Source: Candidatus Bathyarchaeota archaeon
GTDB taxonomy: Archaea; Thermoproteota; Bathyarchaeia; Bathyarchaeales; Bathycorpusculaceae
Direction of reading: 5' to 3'
DNA length: 64,000 nucleotides
Assembly: GCA_963832745.1 (NCBI GenBank)
Contig: CAWHVC010000002.1
Span: 64,001-128,000, forward strand
Shown: in pieces, positions 10,414-21,642 of the stretch
How the letters are laid out: each line of letters begins with the position of its first letter
How positions within the stretch are numbered: the stretch's first letter is position 1
Made by a program: the position numbers and the translations under genes
Notes under the pieces: model-generated
The model's input: the letters and a program-made list of their open reading frames with translations, nothing else
What the model was told of the DNA's origin: nothing
Database searches by the model: none

Positions 10414-11348
10414 TACACTTCTACTCCATAATCATGGGCTTTCTCGGAAAAGTCCTCCCAAGTAGGTAACGGCTGACCTTCAGGGCGTTTATGAGTTAGC
10501 AGGAATTCAAGCATGCCTTCAATTTGGGTTTCAAGTCCGAGGCGTTCAGCTTCCCTCATGAGGTATTTTCTGTCTATTTGCTTTTCAGTTTTTTTGAGAA
10601 GCAACAGAGCGTACGTTGAGTATCGTACATTGCCTGGCTCAATCAACAGCGTATGCAAAACAGCATCCTCCGGCTTGATTGTCTTTTTTGTGGTTGAGTA
10701 GAAGTAAACATCAAATTCTGAGAACAGTGGCAGATCATAGTCGGCGAAAATTGAGGTTGCTGTCTTATGGAAATCCCCCTTTGGGGGTTTAGTAGATTTA
10801 GCGGTTCTTATCAGCAACTGCATATCACGCTGCCAAAGAATTACCGAATTCTCTGAGAGTGATTTCGCAATTTTCTTAGCAAAGAAGCTCTGGTATTCCT
10901 CTAAGAATTCTGTCAGACCTCTGAACTGGGGGTTAATATTGCATTCTTGGGTGATTATTTCCCTTGATTTGAAATCTTTCATATAGCGCCAAAGAGTGTT
11001 TCTAGGAATGCCTGTTAATTTGTTAGAGTCAGTTAAAACTTGGAAGAGAATTTCGATGGCCTTATTTTTTAGCAGGTTTTCCCAGTCAACATAATCGTAA
11101 ATCATTAGCAAGTTCCTTAGTAGTATTGCATGTTTAGTTTCGCTAAGGTATGCTTGCTTTTTAACGCCCTTATTTGCGAGTTTTATCAAACCCTTACTTT
11201 CAAGTTTTTTAAGGGTGTATGTTAGGAGCGAGGGCTTAACAGAGAGTTTTTTCTGGATTGATGATAGTCCATGGTTTCCCCTGGCTATTTCTTTTAGTAT
11301 TTGCAGTTCTGCTTTGTTGAATGCGTAGTCGCCAGCGGATGTTTTCAT
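10413..11348 (-). CDS. MarR/wHTH-domain antitoxin-like protein
   Basis: N-terminal wHTH (LTYTLKKLESKGLI); translationally coupled to the NTase pseudogene. Confidence 0.7.
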   Translation of the reverse strand: MKTSAGDYAFNKAELQILKEIARGNHGLSSIQKKLSVKPSLLTYTLKKLESKGLIKLANKGVKKQAYLSETKHAILLRNLLMIYDYVDWENLLKNKAIEILFQVLTDSNKLTGIPRNTLWRYMKDFKSREIITQECNINPQFRGLTEFLEEYQSFFAKKIAKSLSENSVILWQRDMQLLIRTAKSTKPPKGDFHKTATSIFADYDLPLFSEFDVYFYSTTKKTIKPEDAVLHTLLIEPGNVRYSTYALLLLKKTEKQIDRKYLMREAERLGLETQIEGMLEFLLTHKRPEGQPLPTWEDFSEKAHDYGVEV

Positions 11349-11349
11349 G

Positions 11350-11402
11350 ATTGTTCCATTATACTGAAATTATATTTAAGCATTTCAATTTTATGGAACA
11401 AT
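11350..11402. promoter_or_regulatory. inverted-repeat operator upstream of the wHTH gene
   Basis: attgttccattatactgaaat ... atttcaattttatggaacaat. Confidence 0.6.
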
Positions 11403-11440
11403 AAAAGTTTAATCAGTTGATTTAAAGAAAATATACTTGA

Positions 11441-14400
11441 CTACGGTTGGATTAAACCTCTATCAATCAATTTCTTCAATCGTGATCTGATGGCATTTCT
11501 TTGACGTTGGTGTTTCTTAGCTATCGCAGATATAGGCATTTTACTCTTGTATTCCGAAATTAGCTGATTCTCTTCTGCTTCGGCCCAGCTTTCATAGGCT
11601 CTAGCATACTTCAGCCTGATTTCATCAACGCTATAGGATTTTTCCAATTTAATCAAAGAAGGTTTGGTTGAAAGGGAACTGATATTGGCAGAATTGTTAA
11701 CTTTGAAAAAAGCTGGAGAACCGGTCTTTTGTGAGATATTTACAAGGTATTTTTCAGTGGCAGGAAGCATATGCAGTTTGTTCATGTCACGAAGGCTCGT
11801 TAGCTGGTCCATTCCTCGTTTCTTTCTCCGTATCTGGAATGCAGCTTTTATCTCAGGTCCTTCTTTCCAAACAACGCTGATAAAGCGGTTAACGCCATCC
11901 TGCAGAAGGTTAGGAACCTCATATTCAATATAGGCATTAAACCCAGCATCGTTACCTAATTTCCATAATCTCATTTGAGCCTTCTTTCTAACATCCTTAC
12001 CTGGCTCGACTGCTCCGAAGGCTTTAGCTATAGCATCGGGGTTTGAAATGTCTGCTTTTTGAAGCGTAATAGATGGGTGAATTTGTATTATGGTCTGTTT
12101 TTCTTGTTTGGTGCTTGGTAGGCTATAGTTAACTTGTTTTTGTTGCTGATTAGCGGTATTGCTGTTGGTGTTTTGGCTACTCAGATATTCTTTGATTATG
12201 CCATCTATTCCGAAGTATCTTATTAGCGCATTAACAGTCTTTTTTGTCCTAAACGCCATCATGCTTTCAGCCGATTCGAGCTGCGCTAATATGTTTAAGC
12301 TACCATAGTACACTACTGAGCTGTCGACAAGGGCAAGCTTGAAATGGAATTTGTCGAATTCTTCAAATCCTAAGCCTTTTGAGGCGAAAATGACTTTGAC
12401 GTTTTTTCCTATAAGGTCATCGATAACGTCGTTTTTGGGTGTTTTTCTTGTTATGACATAAATTGGGATACCCTTTTGGATACAGTTTGGAAATCGGCGA
12501 GTAGGCTTTCAACTCTTTTCCTTGATACGAAGGGGCTGAAAATGACGATTCTTGATTTAGCTTTTTTCATATCTTCTAAGAAGGTTTCATAGAAGTTTGT
12601 TTGGTCATAAATAGTAAAAGTGGTATCTCTAACATCTCTGCCAGATAGAGCGGTGTCTTCGTAGGATAGATAGTCAGCGAAGTATGAATCAATAATTTCA
12701 CCTTTTGCCTTTATCTGCTCAAGCACCTGTGGCACAGCATCTTTAACCCAAAAATGCTTAGCAATATACTCGCTGTTACCCACCAGAATGAATTTTCCTA
12801 TGGCTCTGGAGATTGCTACATTGATTAAGCGTCCTGGTTCCGATCGTTTGAATGGACCTTGCGTAAGCTTTCCGGGACTTAATGGTTCACCTTCGACTAG
12901 ATCGAATATTATGCAGTCCCTTTCGCTCCCTTGAAATCGATGAATGGTTGAGGCGACAATTTGTGTAGGGTCTGAGTCTTTGTCTGAGAGTATTCTTGAA
13001 ATAAGTTTTGCTTGAGCGTTATATGGGCTAACGATTCCAACCTTTATTTTCTGTCCTTTTTTGGCTGCTTCTTGCACACATCTTAATGCCAAATTTGCTG
13101 AAACAACTGCTGAGTATGGACTTATTCTCGAAAATGAGTTCTTGGGTCTAGCAATGTATGGGTTAGTGGTTGCTGTATCACAAAATATTAGGGCTTTTCC
13201 CTCAAACGGTGGTAATTTAGCTAGCTGTTCTTTCAAGATAGCGACATTTTGTGGAGTTTTAAGTTTGCCGTCATACACGACTTCACTTATCAGGTTACAG
13301 ATAGCTGGGTGCATTCGGTACTGCTCTTTTAACATTACCAGTCTTTCATCGTCTACGTTTGAGTCTACTTGTTGAAGTATACCTGATTGTTGGAATATGT
13401 CTCTTTTTAGCCATTTTTGGACAGCGGGTGTTCTGCCTTGGGCTATGGGTGATAGTTGGCGGAAGTCTCCTGAAATTACATAATGGGTTGAGCATAGCCC
13501 GGCTAAGTAGAAGATATTCGGCAGCGGCGCCATGCTTGCTTCATCAACAATCAAGACGTCGAATTTTTCCTTCATTATTGATGAATCGATGCATGCCCGT
13601 GCGATGGTTGTGGCAATGACGGAGCTTTCTTTTAAAATTGTTTTCTGGGCTTCCTGTTGTTTCTGCTCAAGTACGCTGATTTCATTTTCTTGATTTTGGT
13701 GTCTTGCTATTAGTTCCGTTTTTTTCTTTAGGATTGTATCAAGAGTGTCTGTTTGGTCGTTTTCTTTTTGGGCGGAGAGTTTAGCAGAAATTAGTTTTTC
13801 CTCTTGGATAAGTGAATAGAATTCCTTTTCGATGCTAAGGACTTCTAATTGGGCGATTTTATGTTTATTTTCGAAATACTTTATTTCCTCTTGGATTTTT
13901 TCCTTGTTTGTCCCTGAAAATATTCTTTTGAATACGCTTGCTTTCTCTGCGTCCTCTAGTTTTTTATGCGATGCGGTTAATTGGTTGAATAGCTGATCTC
14001 GGTTGTTTTTTGTGTTGCTTAATGCGTTCCTGAGCGTTTCGATTCTGTTCTGGGTTTTTAGTAATTCATCGTCAAGTTCCTTCCGTAACAATTGCCTATC
14101 TCTGATTTCTTTCTCCTTTCTTTCCAATTCGATAATCTTTTGTTGATCGTTTTCTATTTCTTTTTGAATACTTGCAATGGCATCATTCGATTGCCCCGCT
14201 CTTTTTTCGAGTATATTTCTTGGCACAAGTAACGCCCTTTTTTCGTCTTCACTTGTTGGAACACCAAGCCGGATTACTTTTCCTTGTTCTGCCAAAGAGA
14301 GATTTTGTTTATCATCAAGGAATTTCTTTAGCATTTCATCGACTGCCGCGTTGGTGTTTGCTGTTAAGAGAATTTTTTTACCTGAAGCGCTCAGAAGCCC

Positions 14401-15045
14401 TAATATAAACGCAAGAGTTTTGGTTTTACCGGTGCCTGGAGGACCCCAAATAAAAGTAACCTCTTGACTCAACGCTTTCCTGATGGCAATTTCTTGTTCA
14501 TAATTTGGATAAAAGTCAGCTAGCCGTTGTTCGTTAAATGGCAAGGGTGCCAAAGAGTTTGGTTGGCTATAGCCAAAAAGTTTCATGCCTCCGTTTATAT
14601 TAATCGTAAGTTGACCTGACTTGATGTTTTCAAGTTTACTGTTGAGTTTCTCGAGCAGGAAAAAAGACGAGTCTTGAATGACTGCTTCATCTATAACTTC
14701 GCCCATATCAGCGTCAAATGCTATGGTTATTGCTTTTTTGTCCGCTGAATCAAGACGTCCGAAAAATTCCTCATCGTTAATTCCAATGGTCAATTCTGTT
14801 TGCGGTTTACGATTATACCACTCGTCTGCATCATCTGATAAAAACCGATAAACATAGAGCGAGTTGCTTTTGAATATCCGTTGACCATCATAAATCTCAG
14901 TCTTTCTACCACTCTTTTGACCCTTTAACTCTTTAACCTCATCTAGTAGAGCTATTTGGAACTCAGCTATGAGTGTTTTTTCATCAGTAGAACCGGCGGT
15001 AGCCCTCCAGCCTATGCCAGCTGTAGCGTATTGTTGATCACCCAA
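11441..15045 (-). CDS. SF1 (DNA2/NAM7-like) helicase with coiled coil, PLD-like domain and C-terminal HTH; frameshift near 12470
   Basis: WGPPGTGKT, VDEASM, GDFRQL, QYRMHP, TIHRFQGSE, NVAISRA; then FSPF / FHFKLALVD..YYGSLN continuing into ORF 11441..12313. Confidence 0.8.
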
Positions 15046-15150
15046 GCGTTAACTCCAATTACAATTTAAGCCTTAACTATAAATAACTTGAGAATTCTGA
15101 GTCACGAAAAAGGAAACAAATGAAAAAGTTAACTTTATTCAATTAGGCAG

Positions 15151-16650
15151 TTACATCAGGTTAAGGCCCTGAGGTATGTCAAATAAAGGTCTTCCATTAT
15201 CCCATGAGTATGTAATGCAGTTGATATTCAATCTTTCGAGTATGGCCTTAGACTGATTATCTATGTCTTTCGGGAAGACAGTTATTAATTTGCAGGGTTT
15301 ATCTATGTTAGTAGAATGGTAAAGTAGTTGACCAATAGCACCATAAATATTAGTCGTTGATGAGTCGGTTTTTATTTCAAAAAGCGTTGTGACGTCGCCA
15401 TTCGCCATTGTAAAAAGATCAATTTGATGATTACTGCCAACTTTCACACCTTTTGCCTTCAAGGTGGCCGCTAGAGTATTGGCTATTATACCATGGTCGC
15501 ACGCCGCTTCCACTCTCTGACTAATATTGTATATTTTTTTTCCTTCATACTCGTTTGAAAAGCCTTGATTCTGCAGATTTGCATCTACAGTATGTAAAGT
15601 ATTGTCGTTTTGTTGACCACTTTTTATAGAACTTACTTGGTAAATAAAATCAGCCACCTGTTCCATAAAACGAGGGCTTTCAAAAGAGGCGATTAACGCA
15701 AGTTTAGTAAGTCTGTCGCCATCTTGAGCATAGATCCAACAGCCACGGTATTCCTTCTCAAATTTTGTCTTGCTATTACCGGGTTTACCCCCACCAATTT
15801 TTCCTCTATGTAATAGATACACTTTGTCGTCGCAGTCTATGGCGAAAACTCCAGCCATTGAACGATTGATTCCTTTAAAGGGAGGGTTTATCTCGCATGT
15901 AATATCGTGACTATGGTTACTACCCCACTGTGGTTCACCTATGCCAAAAACATTCCAATACCGGTTGTCATCTGATGTACTGTTAACCCACCAAACGCCA
16001 AGTTTCTTGTTCCATGATGCTTCAGCTTTTTCGTGTCCGCCGGGGTAGCCAACCCAGATCGTTTCACTCCTATCAGCAGCACTGCCAAGTTTACTTTCAA
16101 AAATGGATTGAGCTTTATCTATTCCAGTCTTATCTTCAATTACTCGGAGAGTCCCAGTTACAACATTAGGCGATTGCTCTTTTGTCTCTTTATCGTCATT
16201 TCGTTCTACTATTCTATTATAGTCTTTAAGCGATACTTGTTGCACGCTACCCTGAAGATAAGCACCCCAATTTTCTTTCGATTTTATAAATGAGAGAGCT
16301 TGTATCTCTACTAACGGCTGGATTGGTTTTGATCTTATCCAAACCTTAACTTGTTTGAGTCTTACTCCATGTTCTGGTCGGAAGAACTTGCCGTGCCATA
16401 ACTCAGTTTTCTCTTTTTCTGTTAAGGTGTGATAGTTAGACGCTAAAGTGGCTGTCCCTAAGAATATGTGCCCCTCGTTTCCAGCCAAATAAAAAACTAT
16501 TTTATCATCAACCTGCAGATAACTCAAATTTTTTGCATTTTCGTGTAATCCCCAGAACCTATCTTTCATTCTTTGCGTGTATACTTCGATACCTTTTATG
16601 CGCTCATTATCAACTTCATCATCATTAACCTTGAATATCCAATAGTTCAT
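15151..16650 (-). CDS. EVE/PUA-like reader domain plus PD-(D/E)XK nuclease; putative modification-dependent restriction enzyme
   Basis: MNYWIF...FWGL...DKIVFY; C-terminal IDLF...LFEIKT...AIGQLLYH. Confidence 0.7.
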   Translation of the reverse strand: MNYWIFKVNDDEVDNERIKGIEVYTQRMKDRFWGLHENAKNLSYLQVDDKIVFYLAGNEGHIFLGTATLASNYHTLTEKEKTELWHGKFFRPEHGVRLKQVKVWIRSKPIQPLVEIQALSFIKSKENWGAYLQGSVQQVSLKDYNRIVERNDDKETKEQSPNVVTGTLRVIEDKTGIDKAQSIFESKLGSAADRSETIWVGYPGGHEKAEASWNKKLGVWWVNSTSDDNRYWNVFGIGEPQWGSNHSHDITCEINPPFKGINRSMAGVFAIDCDDKVYLLHRGKIGGGKPGNSKTKFEKEYRGCWIYAQDGDRLTKLALIASFESPRFMEQVADFIYQVSSIKSGQQNDNTLHTVDANLQNQGFSNEYEGKKIYNISQRVEAACDHGIIANTLAATLKAKGVKVGSNHQIDLFTMANGDVTTLFEIKTDSSTTNIYGAIGQLLYHSTNIDKPCKLITVFPKDIDNQSKAILERLNINCITYSWDNGRPLFDIPQGLNLM

Positions 16651-16785
16651 ACCCTTAACGCCAAGCTCTTCATTGTTTCAATTAACTTTTAAAGTATTTG
16701 ACTCATACAACTGCCGTGTGTTCAGTCGGTTTTTACTTCTTTGTTAATCATAACTTTTATAGTAGTTGCACCAACAACAAATCCC

Positions 16786-17664
16786 ATGAGCCTCCAAATC
16801 CCGGATAACCTTAATTTACCACAAGAAATATTGGAAGCTCATAATCAAGGAAAACTTGCACTTTTTTTAGGAGCCGGCTTATCAGCTTCTATGGGCTGTG
16901 TGAATTGGGGAACTCTTACAAGCAATTTAGTTGCAAGATGTCTTCAATTGGGCTTCATTAATTATGCTGAGAAGCGGTATTACGACGATTTAAAGGACAA
17001 CATACAAGTAATCTCCGCTTGTTTCAACAAATTTAAACAACATAGCGCTCTTAATGAATACTATGGAACCGTAATTGCTTCTTGTCAAGTAAATCAGGAG
17101 CTTGCTAAAGGCTTTTGTATGGAACTTAAAAGCCTTGCGAGCTTTTACCTAACAACAAACTACGATGACGGATTTGACAAATACTTTTTGACACAAGATA
17201 TTATCTATAGGCATGAAGATTTTGAGAAGTTAGGTATAACAGGAAACAGCATAGAATCTGGGAAATTATATCACATACATGGCTCTATTATGGATCCGCC
17301 TTCAATGGTTCTTACGGAAGCAGACTATGCCAAAAAATATGGTATAAATGGAATGAATTTCATGTCCTTTTTAAAGAAAGTGTTCCAAGACCATTCGATA
17401 CTGTTCATTGGTTACGGGCTTCAAGAGAACGTAATTAGATACGCGGTTAATAACGCTATGCAAGTTAGGGATAACACCCATTTTATTCTGAAGGATTATT
17501 TTAGTGATGAAACTACAAAATATAATCAAGAACTCGAGTATCTTGGAGCATCAGGTATCCAAGTGGTATCTTACCTCAAGGACGTTGAAAATTACCAGAA
17601 AATGATTAACATAATCAAATCTTGGAGTAGCCAATTAACTAAGACGGAGATTAGTATGATATGA
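16786..17664 (+). CDS. SIR2-like NADase domain protein
   Basis: LFLGAGLS, TTNYD, YHIHGS, LFIGYGL. Confidence 0.85.
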   Translation: MSLQIPDNLNLPQEILEAHNQGKLALFLGAGLSASMGCVNWGTLTSNLVARCLQLGFINYAEKRYYDDLKDNIQVISACFNKFKQHSALNEYYGTVIASCQVNQELAKGFCMELKSLASFYLTTNYDDGFDKYFLTQDIIYRHEDFEKLGITGNSIESGKLYHIHGSIMDPPSMVLTEADYAKKYGINGMNFMSFLKKVFQDHSILFIGYGLQENVIRYAVNNAMQVRDNTHFILKDYFSDETTKYNQELEYLGASGIQVVSYLKDVENYQKMINIIKSWSSQLTKTEISMI

Positions 17665-20393
17665 AGTTAGCTGTAGAACAAGTCAATGAGCTAATTACTA
17701 AAGCAGATACGGACCCAATTTGGGCAGATTACATGTTCACTAGATTATCCACGATTGAAAATCCATCCTATTGGCTAGAGATTATTTATGGACGAGGATA
17801 TTTTTCACCAAATAAGAATCCTGCGCCAGTAAAGTCAGAACTAGGAGATGGTTACACAGTTCCATACTGGTATGTTTTAGGCTTTTTAGAAAATGTTGCC
17901 GCCGAGAATAAAGTCAAACCCAATGACCAAACAACTAATCTATTGATAGAGATAGCTGATGCAATAATCGACTATAAGATAAATGGAAAACGGATTGATA
18001 ATTTCCGAACTGATTTATCATTGATTAAAGTGTTATTCAGTCTACCTATTGAAAAAATAGGTCCAAAACACATTGTTTTTGTGTCAACAGTACTCCATGG
18101 AAAATTTGGACAAGAGGTTGTCTCAAATGAGATTTTAAAAACCTGTATTCCTGTTTTAGTAAACACCAGTGCAAAGTCACTTTTACTACAACTAATAGGG
18201 ATTATCCTTGAGTACAAAGAGGAAGAGAGCTCTTATTTTTCAAGATATGGGTCTATTCTAGGTGACTATTGGCTCGACGAGATTCTGACAAAGTACAAGA
18301 CTGACTTCATAAGAATCTGTGGTTTAGACCTTTACGACATTGTTAAAGAAAAAATTGATACAATTATTAAACGAAGCAATGGAACAGAGTTTGGAGGTAT
18401 TATTACCATAGAGGGAAGTTCTCAGAATTTATCGGAAGATTACAGAACACAACTTGTTTATTTTTTAAGAGACATACTCATAAGTCAAGATCCCTTGAAA
18501 GTTCGACCAATCATATATGACCTGATAGTGGATACAAAAGCGATCATGAGGCGATTGGCTATTTTCACAATTTCCGAGCATTACGATGTTCTGAAAGACA
18601 TTTTTTGGAGCATTACAACCAATCCTATTGAGGATACAGCATTAAAACATGAGTTGTACGAACTTTTTAAGAAAAATAATAACAATATGACTGAGCCTGA
18701 AATTAATCAGATTGTTCGATGGATTGAGACTGAAAGTTTCGATTATAGCCAATTATATGAATCTAACAATGACGCTCGAAAATCAATGGCTTATCATCGA
18801 AAAGAGTGGCTGTCTTCAATTATTGACTCTGGAAATAGGCAAGTTTCAGATTTGTACAAGAAATATGATGCTATATTTGGTGCTAAGTTGGAACACCCCG
18901 GTTATCTTGTTTGGTCATCAGGGGTAATAATAGAAAGCCCAAAGCCTATGAGTGAGGAAGTAATAGGAAGAACAAATAGAGAAGTTGCCGATTTCCTAAG
19001 GAGCCTCAGCTCAAAGATTGATGAGCAGTCTGATAGGTTCCGAGCATCTGTTAGAAATAATCCTCAGAGATTTTCTCAGGATATGGATGTCTTTTTACAA
19101 ATACCAATTGTTTTTCAAAAATCATTATTAGAAGGTTTAACCGAGGCAATCCGTGATAAGAAAGATATTAACTGGTCGCAAACTTTCGGGTTTATTTCTA
19201 AATTGATTAACGAGGATACTTTTTGGACCGCTACTTACAATAAGATGAATTATAGAGTTTGGATTTCTAAAGAAATCGCTGATTTGATAGAAGTTGGTAT
19301 TCGAAATAATGCTTTCACGTCTCCTGATATTTCCTCGCAAGCAAGCGAGTTATTAATCGTACTTGCCAGCCATGATAGTGCTGAGTTTAACATTGAATTC
19401 AGCTTAGATTTGGTTAACTCTGTATTAAACTCGCCAAGAGGAGCTATTTTCATGGCAATGGTTAACTTAGCACTCAAGCACCAGAAGCCAACGCCAAATG
19501 AAAACTGGAGTGGGGCAATCAAGGATTATTTCACGCGAGCAATCAAAAAGGAGGCGCAACCATCCGTCGAGTTATATGTTACATTAGGTGAATATTTAGT
19601 ATTCATGTACTATAATCTTGAACGAAAGTGGGTGAAGGATAACATCAATTTGCTTCTGCCAAAAGAAGAGGAGCTTTACTGGATTGCCGGCTTTAGCAGC
19701 TACCTATTTAGCGCTTCTCAAGTCTATAAGGACATTTTTGACCTCTTAGTATCCAATGGTCACTATGCAAAAGCGTTGAATGTTGAGTTTAATGAAAAGC
19801 TTTCAAAGGACCGTATTGCTGATCATATTGCAATAGCTTATTTGAATCAATTTGAAGAGATTGAAAATCCTCAAAGTTTGATAGCACAGTTGATTTCCAA
19901 ACAAGACCCCGAATTAGTACGTTCTATTGTGAGCCTCGTTTGGAGGTCAGCGGAAAAAATTAATGAAATACAAAAATCGCGAGCAATTATACTTTGGAAG
20001 AAATTGGTCAGTTCATTGGAAAAAGGAAATGATACTGAGTCGAAAAAAACTCTTGCAAGTCTATTTAGGTGGATAAGCATCATACAAAAATTGGACGAAC
20101 AAAGCGTTGACTTACTTAAGACTTCATTGAGAAACGCCAGCTCTGAAAGCGAAATTATGTTCGTAGTTGACGACTTAATGAAACATGTCCAATCAACCCC
20201 TCATGAGGTGGGTGAACTGTATTTAGAATTATTGCATCATGGCATGTTTCCATTTCATCCGCAAGACAAGATTCAAGAATTGGTAAAAGTGCTTTACGAG
20301 AATAAGGAAAAGAAGGCTGCAACTGAGATATGCGACTTGTATTGGAAGAAGAGATATTTCTTCCTTAAGGAGGTGAGTGATTACTATAGTTAA
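17661..20393 (+). CDS. large alpha-helical (HEAT/ARM-like) partner of SIR2
   Basis: 910-aa ORF with ATGA overlap to SIR2; no catalytic motif recognised. Confidence 0.7.
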   Translation: MKLAVEQVNELITKADTDPIWADYMFTRLSTIENPSYWLEIIYGRGYFSPNKNPAPVKSELGDGYTVPYWYVLGFLENVAAENKVKPNDQTTNLLIEIADAIIDYKINGKRIDNFRTDLSLIKVLFSLPIEKIGPKHIVFVSTVLHGKFGQEVVSNEILKTCIPVLVNTSAKSLLLQLIGIILEYKEEESSYFSRYGSILGDYWLDEILTKYKTDFIRICGLDLYDIVKEKIDTIIKRSNGTEFGGIITIEGSSQNLSEDYRTQLVYFLRDILISQDPLKVRPIIYDLIVDTKAIMRRLAIFTISEHYDVLKDIFWSITTNPIEDTALKHELYELFKKNNNNMTEPEINQIVRWIETESFDYSQLYESNNDARKSMAYHRKEWLSSIIDSGNRQVSDLYKKYDAIFGAKLEHPGYLVWSSGVIIESPKPMSEEVIGRTNREVADFLRSLSSKIDEQSDRFRASVRNNPQRFSQDMDVFLQIPIVFQKSLLEGLTEAIRDKKDINWSQTFGFISKLINEDTFWTATYNKMNYRVWISKEIADLIEVGIRNNAFTSPDISSQASELLIVLASHDSAEFNIEFSLDLVNSVLNSPRGAIFMAMVNLALKHQKPTPNENWSGAIKDYFTRAIKKEAQPSVELYVTLGEYLVFMYYNLERKWVKDNINLLLPKEEELYWIAGFSSYLFSASQVYKDIFDLLVSNGHYAKALNVEFNEKLSKDRIADHIAIAYLNQFEEIENPQSLIAQLISKQDPELVRSIVSLVWRSAEKINEIQKSRAIILWKKLVSSLEKGNDTESKKTLASLFRWISIIQKLDEQSVDLLKTSLRNASSESEIMFVVDDLMKHVQSTPHEVGELYLELLHHGMFPFHPQDKIQELVKVLYENKEKKAATEICDLYWKKRYFFLKEVSDYYS

Positions 20394-20405
20394 CCGATCA
20401 GACGC

Positions 20406-21191
20406 TTAAAAACTTAAGATATCGAAGTTGCCATCAACCTTCTCCTGAATTAATTCCATTGTGCACATAGGCGCTCGAATATACTTTGCATAAAAAGCAC
20501 CATCCTTACTTCTAACGTATGGGAAAACTTCATCATCAAAACCGCTCGTGGAAAACAACAACACTCTACTAGGATATCTTCTTCCCATCTTGGCTAGAAC
20601 GTCTATAACGTTTTGTCTAACCTCCTTGACTTGATTGATAGAAACTGGGTCAATTTGGTCAATGCGTTTTGCAAAAATACTGAGGTCTTTTGAAATAGCA
20701 AAAAAACGTCCAAATCTATCTACGTTATGAATTATAACGTCAAAGAGGTATTCTTTTCCACTTTGCCCTTTGATGCTTGAGTTCAGCTGTTTGGATTTAG
20801 GATTTTTAATAACAATCTCTCTCGTACGCTTGTCAGTCTTCACTAATTGATTGAATATTCGCTCTGGGGGAGATTCGCCTTTAACTGGAACCATGCTGAA
20901 AGAAATTTCTTGTATAGTAAATTCAAGTTTTCGTATGACTCCTGTGAGCGCTCCAGGAATGTACAAGATTGCAATATACGATACAACTGATGAGAAAACA
21001 AGAAAGGCAAATACTACAAGGTAAATAACTGAAAAACTCAGAACAAGAGCAAATATTGCGAAAACCGCTATGCCAAATATTGCTGAGGGCATAGCTAAAA
21101 GAAGCAACCAACTCATCAATTCTCTTCTTTTTCTGAATTTTGCGATTGACTCTCGTAATGGTTGTAAGGGCATATTATCTTCTTCATTCAT
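20406..21191 (-). CDS. membrane protein with Mrr-like restriction-endonuclease fold
   Basis: Two N-terminal TM segments; IKGQSGKEYLFDV, PVSINQV, LFSTSGF. Confidence 0.55.
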   Translation of the reverse strand: MNEEDNMPLQPLRESIAKFRKRRELMSWLLLLAMPSAIFGIAVFAIFALVLSFSVIYLVVFAFLVFSSVVSYIAILYIPGALTGVIRKLEFTIQEISFSMVPVKGESPPERIFNQLVKTDKRTREIVIKNPKSKQLNSSIKGQSGKEYLFDVIIHNVDRFGRFFAISKDLSIFAKRIDQIDPVSINQVKEVRQNVIDVLAKMGRRYPSRVLLFSTSGFDDEVFPYVRSKDGAFYAKYIRAPMCTMELIQEKVDGNFDILSF

Positions 21192-21192
21192 A

Positions 21193-21642
21193 TCATTTTT
21201 TCTCCTCAGGTTTTGGAAGATAAACTGAATGAGTCATGGTCATCACGGCTTGAAACCCGTTTTCAAAAATGACTCCAAATCCTTTCTCTGTCAAAACAAC
21301 ATTGCGATCGACTAGTCCACTATCTTGATTATATCGTTTGGGTTGACTCCAGCCAAGCCAATCTTGTCTTATGCCCTCATCAATAGCTTCATGCAATGCA
21401 TTGTTTTCTATGGCTCGATCATATCTATTAGCCAAACGCTTCCTAATTTCATACATGGAAATACCAGTTTCACGCACTATGTTTGAAGCATTTTTTTCGA
21501 GTAGTCGCTTATCGTCTTCCGTAAACGCGCCGTCAACAACATGCTGCTTTCTTTGCCATTGATATGCAGATTCGTAGTTTTCTCTCAGCATTTTCATTAT
21601 TAGATAGAGCCTCGCAGTGACATTCATTAGACTATTCGGCAA
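21193..21642 (-). CDS. hypothetical protein, possible wHTH
   Basis: 149-aa ORF with VVLTEKG wing motif; 1 nt from the next gene. Confidence 0.55.
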   Translation of the reverse strand: MPNSLMNVTARLYLIMKMLRENYESAYQWQRKQHVVDGAFTEDDKRLLEKNASNIVRETGISMYEIRKRLANRYDRAIENNALHEAIDEGIRQDWLGWSQPKRYNQDSGLVDRNVVLTEKGFGVIFENGFQAVMTMTHSVYLPKPEEKK

